A DNA stretch of 64,000 nucleotides from Nibricoccus sp. (lineage in GTDB: Bacteria > Verrucomicrobiota > Verrucomicrobiia > Opitutales > Opitutaceae). Below, piece by piece: positions 14,501 through 22,542 of the stretch. Both the position numbers and the translations under genes were made by a program. Within the stretch, counting starts at the first letter, position 1, and each line of letters begins with the position of its first letter. The notes below the pieces were generated by a model, which saw only the letters and a program-made list of their open reading frames with translations, did no database searches and was not told where the DNA came from. The stretch covers positions 3,552,001 to 3,616,000 of the forward strand of contig JASGHG010000001.1 in the NCBI GenBank assembly GCA_047602425.1, in the 5' to 3' direction.

Positions 14501-14535
14501 AAAAACCCCTGACTCCGCAGAGATCAGAGGTTTTT
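14501..14535 (-). terminator. Intrinsic terminator after tRNA-Cys
   Basis: Minus strand AAAAACCTCTGA-TCTC-TGCG-GAGTCAGGGGTTTTT: hairpin plus U tract. Confidence 0.7.
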
Positions 14536-14540
14536 AAAAC

Positions 14541-14615
14541 TGGAGGCGCGGGTCGGAATTGAACCGACGCATAGAGGTTTTGCAGACCTCGGCCTTACCA
14601 CTTGGCTACCGCGCC
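14541..14615 (-). tRNA. tRNA-Cys (GCA)
   Basis: GGCGCGG/CCGCGCC acceptor, GAGGT-CTGCAAA-ACCTC anticodon arm, GGTTCAATTCC, U discriminator plus CCA. Confidence 0.97.
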
Positions 14616-14737
14616 GTGACAAGGAGGCGCAAGTTGAGAGAAAACCGTCGGGCGGGCAAGTACCGAAATTATTTTTCCCAACGGCGGGCGGCGGGACGCA
14701 GGCTTGCGCTGCAGCCTCACGCCACCAAAGTCGCCCC

Positions 14738-15559
14738 ATGATCGAAGTCAGGGACTTAACCAAGTGCTACGGCGAATTTACCGCGGTAAAGGAGCTGACC
14801 TTTACAGTGCAACGGGGTGAGGTGCTCGGATTGCTCGGTCCGAACGGCGCGGGTAAAACCACGACGCTGCGCTGCCTGACCGGCGTGATTCCCCCGACCC
14901 GTGGCTCGATTCATCTGGCGGGGTGCGATTTGGTAAAGGATCCGGTCACGACGAAACGTAACTTGGCCTTTTTCCCCGACGAACCGCGTCTTTTCGATCA
15001 TCTGAGCGTTTGGCAACATCTGGTCTTCACCGCGCGATTGTATCAGATTTCCAACTACGAACAGCGCGGGCGCGCATTGTTGGAGGAATTTGCGATCGCC
15101 GACAAAGCCGACGCGATGCCGGGCGAACTTTCGCGCGGCATGAAGCAAAAGCTGGCGCTGGCCTGCGGGTTATTACATGAGCCGCAGGTGGTGCTGTTTG
15201 ACGAGCCGCTCACAGGGCTCGATCCGGCGGGCATTCGCGGGATGAAGGACACGATGCGGCGACTGGTGCGAGAAGGTGCGTCGCTGATCCTGAGTTCCCA
15301 TCTGCTGAGTTTGTTGGAAGAAGTCTGCACGCATGTGTTGATTTTGAAAAATGGAAAGAAGGTGGCGGATGGTTCGTTGGACGATGTGCACCGGCGTTTT
15401 GCCGAGCATGCAGACGCGAGTCTGGAAGATATTTTCTTCAAAGTGACCGCGGCCACCACGCCTCCCATGCCCATCATCATGGGAGCAGGAATGCCGCCGC
15501 CGCTTCCGTTCACCAAACCAGGGGCCAGCGACAATCCCAGCTCCTCCGAAAAGCCATGA
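14738..15559 (+). CDS. ABC transporter ATP-binding protein
   Basis: GPNGAGKTT, LSRGMKQK, FDEPLTGLD, SSH. Confidence 0.93.
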   Translation: MIEVRDLTKCYGEFTAVKELTFTVQRGEVLGLLGPNGAGKTTTLRCLTGVIPPTRGSIHLAGCDLVKDPVTTKRNLAFFPDEPRLFDHLSVWQHLVFTARLYQISNYEQRGRALLEEFAIADKADAMPGELSRGMKQKLALACGLLHEPQVVLFDEPLTGLDPAGIRGMKDTMRRLVREGASLILSSHLLSLLEEVCTHVLILKNGKKVADGSLDDVHRRFAEHADASLEDIFFKVTAATTPPMPIIMGAGMPPPLPFTKPGASDNPSSSEKP

Positions 15560-17310
15560 TCGGCGCGCTGGTTTATCTGCAGCTGACGTCGTTAAAAAAT
15601 GCATTGCTTGGACGCATCCGGCGTCTGCGCAATCCCCGGTACTTGTTCGCCGCGCTGGTGGGCGCGGCGTATTTCTATTTCTTTATTTTCCATCGTGGGG
15701 GAGGAGCCTCTCATCACGCGCCGCCCAATCCCGCTTTGGCCTCGCAGGGGCCGGTGCTGTTGGAATTACTGGGGGCCTTTGCGCTTTTTGTGGCAATGGC
15801 GCTTGCGTGGATCCTGCCCAACAGTCGCGCAGCCTTGGCGTTTACCGAAGCGGAGGTGGCACACCTTTTTCCGGCCCCAATACCTCGCAGGACACTCGTG
15901 CACTTCAAACTGCTGAAATCGCAGTTCTCGATCTTGCTTTCGATTTTGGTGCTCACACTGATCTCCAATCGATGGTCGTTCCTGGCTGGCGGGGTTTGGA
16001 TGCACGCGATCGGTTGGTGGTTGATTTTCTCGATTTACAATCTGCATCTGGTCGCGGCCTCGTTCGCGCGGGAGCGGCTTTTGCATTTTGGCATCAACGC
16101 CCTGCGGCGCCGTCTGATTATTTGCGGCACCCTGATTCTGCTTGGCGCTTGTACGTGGTTCCTGTTGCAGCGGTCAATACCCTTGCCGAAGGAGGACGAC
16201 ATGCAGGACATCGTTTCGATGCTGGATTACGTGAAGACGGTGTTGACGACTCCGCCGCTGGGGTGGGCGTTGATGCCGTTCCGACTCGTGGTGAGGCCGT
16301 TTTTGGCGACCGGTATGGCGGACTTTCTTTCCGCGGTCTGGCCTGCGCTTTTGTTGCTAGCGGCTCACTACATTTGGGTGTTGCGGTCCGACGTCGCGTT
16401 CGAGGAGGCCTCGGTGGCGCTCTCGCAAAAGCGCGCCGAAGCAGTTTCAGCCATGCGTGCGGGCAAGTGGTCGGGTCTTACTCCAAAGAAGAAACGCCGT
16501 GAACCGTTTGAACTTTCCCCCACGGGCATGCCGTCAGTCGCGTTTCTTTGGAAAGGGCTGATAACGGCCGGGCCATTTTATTATCCGAGATATTGGTTAT
16601 CAGCCGGCTTCGCGGTTATTGTCGCATTTATATGGTTTGGGCGCGATCCGAATTATCGACTGCTGGCCGGAGGCGCTTTTGTCGTCTGCACGGCGCTAGG
16701 CGGCTATGGTTTGCTTTTTGGGCCCGTGTTGGCGAGGCGTGGCCTGGCCTTGATGCTCGAACGCCTGGACTTGGCCAAGTCCTACCCGCTGCGTGGCTGG
16801 CAGATTGTTTTGGGGGAAATGATGTGTCCGGTCACGTTGCTCTGCGTATTTGAATGGATCGTCCTGACGCTGATGGCCGTGGCTGCCAGTTTTCTGCAAA
16901 CGAACGCGGAGCTCCCTCGCATGGTTTTGTTGGGAGGACTTGTTTCGGCCTGGCTGTTGATTGTGCCGCTCTCGGTCATGTTGTTCACGTTGAACTACGC
17001 CGGTGCACTTTTGTTTCCAGCCTGGATAAGCACCACGGTACAAACAGGCGGAGGTCTGGAGAAAGTGGGGCAACGGCTGATTTTTATGGCGGGCTATTTG
17101 ATTCTTTTGCTAGTCACTTTATTGCCCGCCGTGGTGTTCGGCGCGGTGCCGTTTTTTATAACCAAGTGGCTGTTCCAAAACCTCCCCTTGGCCATAGTAT
17201 TTGGCTCCTTGACCGCCTGCGCGGTGCTGGTGGGCGAGCTAGCGGCAGCACTGTGGTGGCTAGGGGAACGGTTCGAAAAATTCGACCTCTCGGCGGAACT
17301 GCCGCGATAG
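15556..17310 (+). CDS. Putative ABC exporter membrane protein
   Basis: Many TM helices, FTEAEVAHLFPAP motif, 4-nt overlap with the ATPase gene. Confidence 0.8.
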   Translation: MIGALVYLQLTSLKNALLGRIRRLRNPRYLFAALVGAAYFYFFIFHRGGGASHHAPPNPALASQGPVLLELLGAFALFVAMALAWILPNSRAALAFTEAEVAHLFPAPIPRRTLVHFKLLKSQFSILLSILVLTLISNRWSFLAGGVWMHAIGWWLIFSIYNLHLVAASFARERLLHFGINALRRRLIICGTLILLGACTWFLLQRSIPLPKEDDMQDIVSMLDYVKTVLTTPPLGWALMPFRLVVRPFLATGMADFLSAVWPALLLLAAHYIWVLRSDVAFEEASVALSQKRAEAVSAMRAGKWSGLTPKKKRREPFELSPTGMPSVAFLWKGLITAGPFYYPRYWLSAGFAVIVAFIWFGRDPNYRLLAGGAFVVCTALGGYGLLFGPVLARRGLALMLERLDLAKSYPLRGWQIVLGEMMCPVTLLCVFEWIVLTLMAVAASFLQTNAELPRMVLLGGLVSAWLLIVPLSVMLFTLNYAGALLFPAWISTTVQTGGGLEKVGQRLIFMAGYLILLLVTLLPAVVFGAVPFFITKWLFQNLPLAIVFGSLTACAVLVGELAAALWWLGERFEKFDLSAELPR

Positions 17311-17384
17311 CGAGAAGTTCGGCGGCGAAAAGCATTTGCCTTCCCTGTGCCATCGCCAAATTTTGGCTGCCACAAAATTTCCCA

Positions 17385-18533
17385 ATGCCCAAGAAAGTTT
17401 TTGTCACCGGTTGTTTCGATCTGCTGCACAGCGGCCACGTCGCCTTCATGAAGGAGGCTTCATCGTATGGGGATCTGTACGTCTGCATTGGCAGTGATGA
17501 GAACGTTTTTTCGCTGAAGGGGCGTTATCCGGTGAATTCACAAGACGAGCGCAAGTACATGATTGAATCGCTCGGCTGCGTGAAAGAATGCCGCGTAAAT
17601 ACCGGCATGGGCATCATGGATTTTCTCAATGAAATCCGCGATATTCAGCCCGACGTTTTCATCGTCAATCAGGATGGTTCGACCCCGAGCAAGGAGCAAC
17701 TTTGCCGCGAGCTCGACATTGAATATCACGTTTTGCGGCGCCTTCCCCACGGTGGGCTGCCGGTGCGAAGCACGACATCTCTACGCAACGAGTGCACAAT
17801 TCCTTTCCGTATAGATCTGGCGGGTGGTTGGTTGGATCAACCGTTTGTTTCCAAGTTTTCCCCGGGACCGGTGCTGACAATTTCCATCGAGCCATCCTAC
17901 GAGTTCAACAGCCGCAGCGGCATGGCCTCCAGTACCCGCGCGAAGGCCATTGAGCTTTGGCGCACGGCCTTGCCGCAGGGCAACAAGGAGCAAATCGCCA
18001 AGATCCTTTTCTCCTACGAAAACCCCCCTGGCACCAAGGAGGTCGCTGGGTCGCAGGATGCGATCGGCATCGTTTATCCAGGATTGAACCGCCTCGATTA
18101 CAACGGCGCGCATTGGCCCTACAAAATTGAGACGAACAACGACGAAGAGGTTCTCAGCTGGCTCGAAAGCCGCCTCTATCTCGTGTCGCTTGGACCGCGT
18201 GCTTCGGGCTACAGCGTACTGGCCGACACCAATATCACACCGGCAAAAGCCAAGGCGCTTTCCGACGCGGCCGAAACTTGCTGGCAAGCGATCGCGCGCA
18301 GGGAATCGGCCGCCTTTGGCAAGGCATTTACGGCCTCGTTGGAGGCGCAAGTGGCGATGTTTCCGCACATGTTGACCGACAATATTCGCGACCTGATCGA
18401 CACCTATCGCGGGGTCGCGCACGGCTGGAAACTCAGCGGCGCTGGTGGCGGTGGTTACCTCGTGCTTGTGGCTGACGAACCAATTAAAAACGCCATACAA
18501 GTCAAAATTCGCAGGCACCACGCGACGTTCTGA
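17385..18533 (+). CDS. Bifunctional cytidylyl/adenylyltransferase + GHMP-family sugar kinase
   Basis: VFVTGCFDLLHSGH (HxGH), then PFRIDLAGGWLD, SGMASS, GSQD, KLSGAGGGG; start trimmed to MPKKVF. Confidence 0.85.
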   Translation: MPKKVFVTGCFDLLHSGHVAFMKEASSYGDLYVCIGSDENVFSLKGRYPVNSQDERKYMIESLGCVKECRVNTGMGIMDFLNEIRDIQPDVFIVNQDGSTPSKEQLCRELDIEYHVLRRLPHGGLPVRSTTSLRNECTIPFRIDLAGGWLDQPFVSKFSPGPVLTISIEPSYEFNSRSGMASSTRAKAIELWRTALPQGNKEQIAKILFSYENPPGTKEVAGSQDAIGIVYPGLNRLDYNGAHWPYKIETNNDEEVLSWLESRLYLVSLGPRASGYSVLADTNITPAKAKALSDAAETCWQAIARRESAAFGKAFTASLEAQVAMFPHMLTDNIRDLIDTYRGVAHGWKLSGAGGGGYLVLVADEPIKNAIQVKIRRHHATF

Positions 18534-18579
18534 GCATGCGAGGGAAGGCGCGATTGCACGGCGACAGCGTGTATTGTGC

Positions 18580-19059
18580 TTATTCCACCGATAGAATCTG
18601 TTGTTTTACAATGCGGCCCGCGGATTGCGTTGCGAGGGTTTCGCCAGCGTTTTTGCCAAGTAGCTGTCGGCCGAGCGGTGATTGTGGCGTGATCACGATG
18701 TAGTCGAGGCCGTCGCAGGTGATCTCAAGGCCGCCATTGCGCGGTCCGAGGAAATAGCGGAGTTTGCGTCCGGCGATTTCGAGTGTGACGACGGCGCCGA
18801 GAGTGATGGGTTGTTCTGCAGCGAGATTTGGGAGCGTCAGACTCTGGTAAAGCGCAATGCTTTCCTGCAATTCCGCGGCGAGCCGCGCCTGACCTTCGGC
18901 GAGGTACGCGGCTTCCTGCGAATGCGTATCGTACTTGTTCTCAGGTTTGCTTTCTTCGTGGGTCGCTTCGTCGCGGGCGAGCAGCGCGGCGCGAGTTTGG
19001 TTGTCGAGCTCGGTTCGGATTTTTTCAATGATGGCCTGACGAAGACGCGCTTTGTCCAT
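18580..19059 (-). CDS. GreA/GreB-family C-terminal domain protein
   Basis: N-terminal coiled coil with ENKYDT, ITLGAVV, ITPQSPLGRQLLGK. Confidence 0.85.
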   Translation of the reverse strand: MDKARLRQAIIEKIRTELDNQTRAALLARDEATHEESKPENKYDTHSQEAAYLAEGQARLAAELQESIALYQSLTLPNLAAEQPITLGAVVTLEIAGRKLRYFLGPRNGGLEITCDGLDYIVITPQSPLGRQLLGKNAGETLATQSAGRIVKQQILSVE

Positions 19060-19089
19060 CGCGCGACAAAAGCGAACACCGGGCCCGAT

Positions 19090-19470
19090 TCAAGCGGACT
19101 CGCGCAGGGCAAGAAGTTGTTGCACGCGCTCGACGAGCTTTTTCGGGCTGAAGGGCTTAGTCACGTAATCGAGCGCCCCGAGTTCGAGGCCGAGATTGCG
19201 AGCGTCGGTGGTCGCCCACGCGGAAAGAATGACGATGGGGATTGTGGCGGTCGCGGGCTGGCGCCGGAGGATTTCGCAGATGCCAAAACCATCGATATCC
19301 GGCAACATGAGATCCAGGATGATCAAATCCGGCGGCCGATGGGCGATCGATTCGAGGGCAGCGCGGCCACTCGATGCGGTGATCACGTCGAACCCCGCCC
19401 GCGAAAGATGAAAATGGACGAGGTCGGTGACATCCCGCTCGTCATCAACGCTCAAAATGGTGGATGGCAT
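19090..19470 (-). CDS. Single-domain response regulator (receiver)
   Basis: VDDE, PDLIILDLMLPDIDG, LSA, GALDYVTKPF. Confidence 0.92.
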   Translation of the reverse strand: MPSTILSVDDERDVTDLVHFHLSRAGFDVITASSGRAALESIAHRPPDLIILDLMLPDIDGFGICEILRRQPATATIPIVILSAWATTDARNLGLELGALDYVTKPFSPKKLVERVQQLLALRESA

Positions 19471-19679
19471 CCCTGAATTTTGGCTGTTTTGGGTGTCATT
19501 TGTGCGACGGAAGGGTCACAAATGAGTCAAACCACCCAAGTATGGACACATCCGCGGTTTCGCAGGCAAACTGCTGAAAAAAGAGTTAAAACACATTATC
19601 TTCCTTTTTATCTCGCGAGAATGCCCCGAATAAATAATTCAACTCTCTAGCTCAACGTACCTTAAAGTCACCCTTTTGC

Positions 19680-20570
19680 ATGGCTCGTAAAATTAGTTTC
19701 CTCAATTACAAGGGTGGTGTCGGCAAGACATCGCTCATTGTGAACATTGCTGCATGTCTGGCCAAAGAGGGTAAGCGCGTACTGCTTTTTGACTTCGATA
19801 CTCAGTCCAACGCGAGCATTTGGTTGTTGCGACTTGAGCGGTGGAACAAAATCAACACCTCCGGCGAAGGCGCGATCTACTCAATTTTTCAGCCCGGCAA
19901 GGCTCGCGTGAAGGATTTGATTATCCCTTCGGTGGTCGAAGGTAAGAACGGCGAAAAACTGCTTCCCACGCTCGATCTTGTTCCGACGACATTCAACCTC
20001 GTCGATCTCGAAAACGAATTCGAAATCAATCCGAAGCGTCCGCCCTACGTGATTTTTCAGGAGCAGATCGCGGAGATCGAGTCCAACTACGATTTCATCC
20101 TTTTCGATTGCCCACCGAATATCCTGCGAGCTTCGCAGTGCGGCATTTTCTGTTCGAACGAAGTGTACGTTCCTTCGAATCCCGACGCCCTCAGCTTGAT
20201 CGGCTTTACGCTCCTCATCGAAAAACTCGGCAAGTTCCACCAGCTGTCGGCCAGTTTCCGCACCGTTGAAATGGGCGTGCCTGCCCAAGTGCGCGGCATC
20301 ATTTTCAACTCGATCAAGACGAACGTCGACATCGAGGTGCCGAAGATGCGAATGCAGCTTCGCCTTAACCAATTTCGCACCGCCAGACGCGTTGCGCAAA
20401 GTGCCAAGATTTTCGAAAACCAGGTTCGCGATGCGATGGTTGTGCGCCGCGCCGTCACCCTCGGCCTGCCCGTCGCACTCGTCGGCCAGGAGGCGCAGCA
20501 GGAGGATAATGTCGCCCATGACTATCGCAAAGTCGCGAACGAGATTCTCACTCACTCGCCCGAAGTCTGA
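19680..20570 (+). CDS. Orphan ParA/MinD-family ATPase
   Basis: Deviant Walker A NYKGGVGKTS, DFDTQSNAS, FDCPPN. Confidence 0.92.
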   Translation: MARKISFLNYKGGVGKTSLIVNIAACLAKEGKRVLLFDFDTQSNASIWLLRLERWNKINTSGEGAIYSIFQPGKARVKDLIIPSVVEGKNGEKLLPTLDLVPTTFNLVDLENEFEINPKRPPYVIFQEQIAEIESNYDFILFDCPPNILRASQCGIFCSNEVYVPSNPDALSLIGFTLLIEKLGKFHQLSASFRTVEMGVPAQVRGIIFNSIKTNVDIEVPKMRMQLRLNQFRTARRVAQSAKIFENQVRDAMVVRRAVTLGLPVALVGQEAQQEDNVAHDYRKVANEILTHSPEV

Positions 20571-20590
20571 GCCCCTGTATCCAAAAATCC

Positions 20591-21625
20591 ATGACACCCG
20601 ATCCTGATCAATCCCTTCAAGCCGGCGGCGAACCGGCGAACGAGCTGCTCCGGCCGGAATGGGAGAAGGTCCGCCGTGCCTTTAAGAACTCCATCATGGT
20701 CGACACCGCGCTCAACAGCCTGGCGCAAAATCTCGACGGTCCCGACTGGCCCGTGAGCGGCGCGGACGAGACTCCTTCAAAATACATCGACCTTTCCTAC
20801 GACGAGCTCATTGCCACGCCCGGTCTTGCCGGACACCCGAAGCGCATTGAACTCCTGATTACGATTCTTCGCGAGACGCAGGCTTTCGACGATCCCTTTG
20901 GCGATATGGTTTCCGAAACCGCCGAAGTCGCCGACAAGGACAATCCCATCCTTAAGAACATGGCCAAGCTTGGCATTCCCGAGGATTTTCCGCTTTCGCT
21001 CGTGGCCCTCCTCCCGGAGACTCGCGACTACTGCAATCTCGAAAATCTCGTCACGCTGCGTGACTTCGCCCTTTTTGCGCAAAACCTCTCGCAAACCGTG
21101 GTGGTCAGCGGCGATTTTCGCGCTTTCCTGAACGCCCTCTCGCACATCGACGAAGCCACGCTGACGTTGTACATGCCTTTCCGCCCCGGCTCGAAAGGGC
21201 TGCATCTCCTCGAAGGCATTGCTCTCACGGTTCGTGCCCAAGCCGACGAAGTCCAAGCCGCCCTCGCTCAACGCTACGGCGCCCGACTTGGCACCAGCGA
21301 CATGGCTGCTGCCGCGCATGCTTCCAGTCTGGAGACGACCGCGATCGAGCAAATGCTCGCCCAGCAGGCCGCCGCCTACATCGAGTATTTTCAGGCCGAT
21401 CTCGCTGTCATGCAGCAACAGATCGACGACGGCGAACCTCTTAGCCGCATCGCCGCAGTCCTGCGGAGTCCTATTTTGGAGACCGTGGTTACCGGTTTGC
21501 TCAAACCCTACCTGCGCATGCTGGCGCCCGCCGCGCCTGCCCGCACGACGGCACCGCCGGTCGACGAGGCCGCTCCGGTTAAAAAACGTGGTTTCTTCAC
21601 GACCCTTGGTCGTTTCTTTAAATAA
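20591..21625 (+). CDS. Hypothetical protein with possible alphaCTD/HhH-like segments and a C-terminal amphipathic helix
   Basis: Long ORF with host-like codon use, 20 nt after the ATPase gene; ends KKRGFFTTLGRFFK. Confidence 0.75.
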   Translation: MTPDPDQSLQAGGEPANELLRPEWEKVRRAFKNSIMVDTALNSLAQNLDGPDWPVSGADETPSKYIDLSYDELIATPGLAGHPKRIELLITILRETQAFDDPFGDMVSETAEVADKDNPILKNMAKLGIPEDFPLSLVALLPETRDYCNLENLVTLRDFALFAQNLSQTVVVSGDFRAFLNALSHIDEATLTLYMPFRPGSKGLHLLEGIALTVRAQADEVQAALAQRYGARLGTSDMAAAAHASSLETTAIEQMLAQQAAAYIEYFQADLAVMQQQIDDGEPLSRIAAVLRSPILETVVTGLLKPYLRMLAPAAPARTTAPPVDEAAPVKKRGFFTTLGRFFK

Positions 21626-21658
21626 TGCGGTGCTCGTGCCGATAAAATCAGGTTGTCC

Positions 21659-22375
21659 ATGTCGAATGAGCTCCCGCAGCAGCCGAAAGTGGTGATCAAA
21701 TTTCCGCCGCGCCCGCCCACAGAAAGGGCGTTGGTGCTGCCGCGGCGCCCCTTGCGGTCGCCCTTTGAAGTTTCGGAAGCGACAGCGGAAACCCAAAAGG
21801 CAATCGAAGCCATTCGCTCCGCCACGCGCAATCCGTGGGCAGACAGCAGCGGCAGTGGCGCGGCTAATCCGCTTCCTGAGCTGGAAAAATCCCTCAAGCA
21901 GCTCGCGACAAAACTCGAAGAGCGCGAACGTTTCCTGCAAGACCTTGAAGCCCGCCTAGCCGATCGCGAACGCAATCTCGCCGAGATGGAAACCCTGCTC
22001 AAGGCTCGCGAGTCGCTCCTTGAAGCCGCCAAAATGAAAAAGACTACGGGCGGCGATTCCCGACAACTCTCCAAGGAAGAACAAAACGCGCTCGAACAGC
22101 TGAAAGCCGAAGTCGAACGTCAGCAGCAGTCGCTCGAACAACAACGTGAAGCCCTGCACGAACGCGAAGCCTTCCTCGACGACAGTGAAAGCAAACTTTT
22201 CGAAAAAGTGCAGCAGCAGCAGGAAAAAGAAACCGAGCTTGAGCAACGCGAGGAAGACCTCGTGAAACGCGAACAACGCCTGCTCGAACGTGAGGCTGCG
22301 AACGATCCGAAACTCGCCGCCGCACTGGCTGCCGACAAAGCCGCGCGCAAAAAATTCAGCGATTTCAACGAGTAG
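21659..22375 (+). CDS. Hypothetical coiled-coil protein
   Basis: Pro/Arg-rich N-terminus, then E/R/Q/L heptad-rich helices (LEERERFL, LHEREAFL). Confidence 0.75.
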   Translation: MSNELPQQPKVVIKFPPRPPTERALVLPRRPLRSPFEVSEATAETQKAIEAIRSATRNPWADSSGSGAANPLPELEKSLKQLATKLEERERFLQDLEARLADRERNLAEMETLLKARESLLEAAKMKKTTGGDSRQLSKEEQNALEQLKAEVERQQQSLEQQREALHEREAFLDDSESKLFEKVQQQQEKETELEQREEDLVKREQRLLEREAANDPKLAAALAADKAARKKFSDFNE

Positions 22376-22542
22376 TTTCCCCGCGAGCTGACCGAAGTTC
22401 TGCTTTGCCGATTATGGCCCTTTAGACACGGGTTGGAGAATTTGTGCGGTGATTTGTTCAAAAACTGCAAATCTCCTTGATGGGGGTGCTATCTCACTCT
22501 GGACTGGCCGCAATGGAATCGGTACGTTTTCCCCTTTTTATC

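Noticed and set aside
12038..14540. Pectate lyase plus hypothetical gene as an island integrated at tRNA-Cys
   Set aside because: No integrase; only a ~10-nt match to the tRNA end (GGAGGCGCGG near 12972, inside a CDS), compatible with chance.
16854..17384. N-terminal extensions in the ORF track (also for rnc, pnp, the sugar porter, GH97 and gluQ)
   Set aside because: They overlap neighbouring genes or repeats and lack homology signals, so starts were trimmed.
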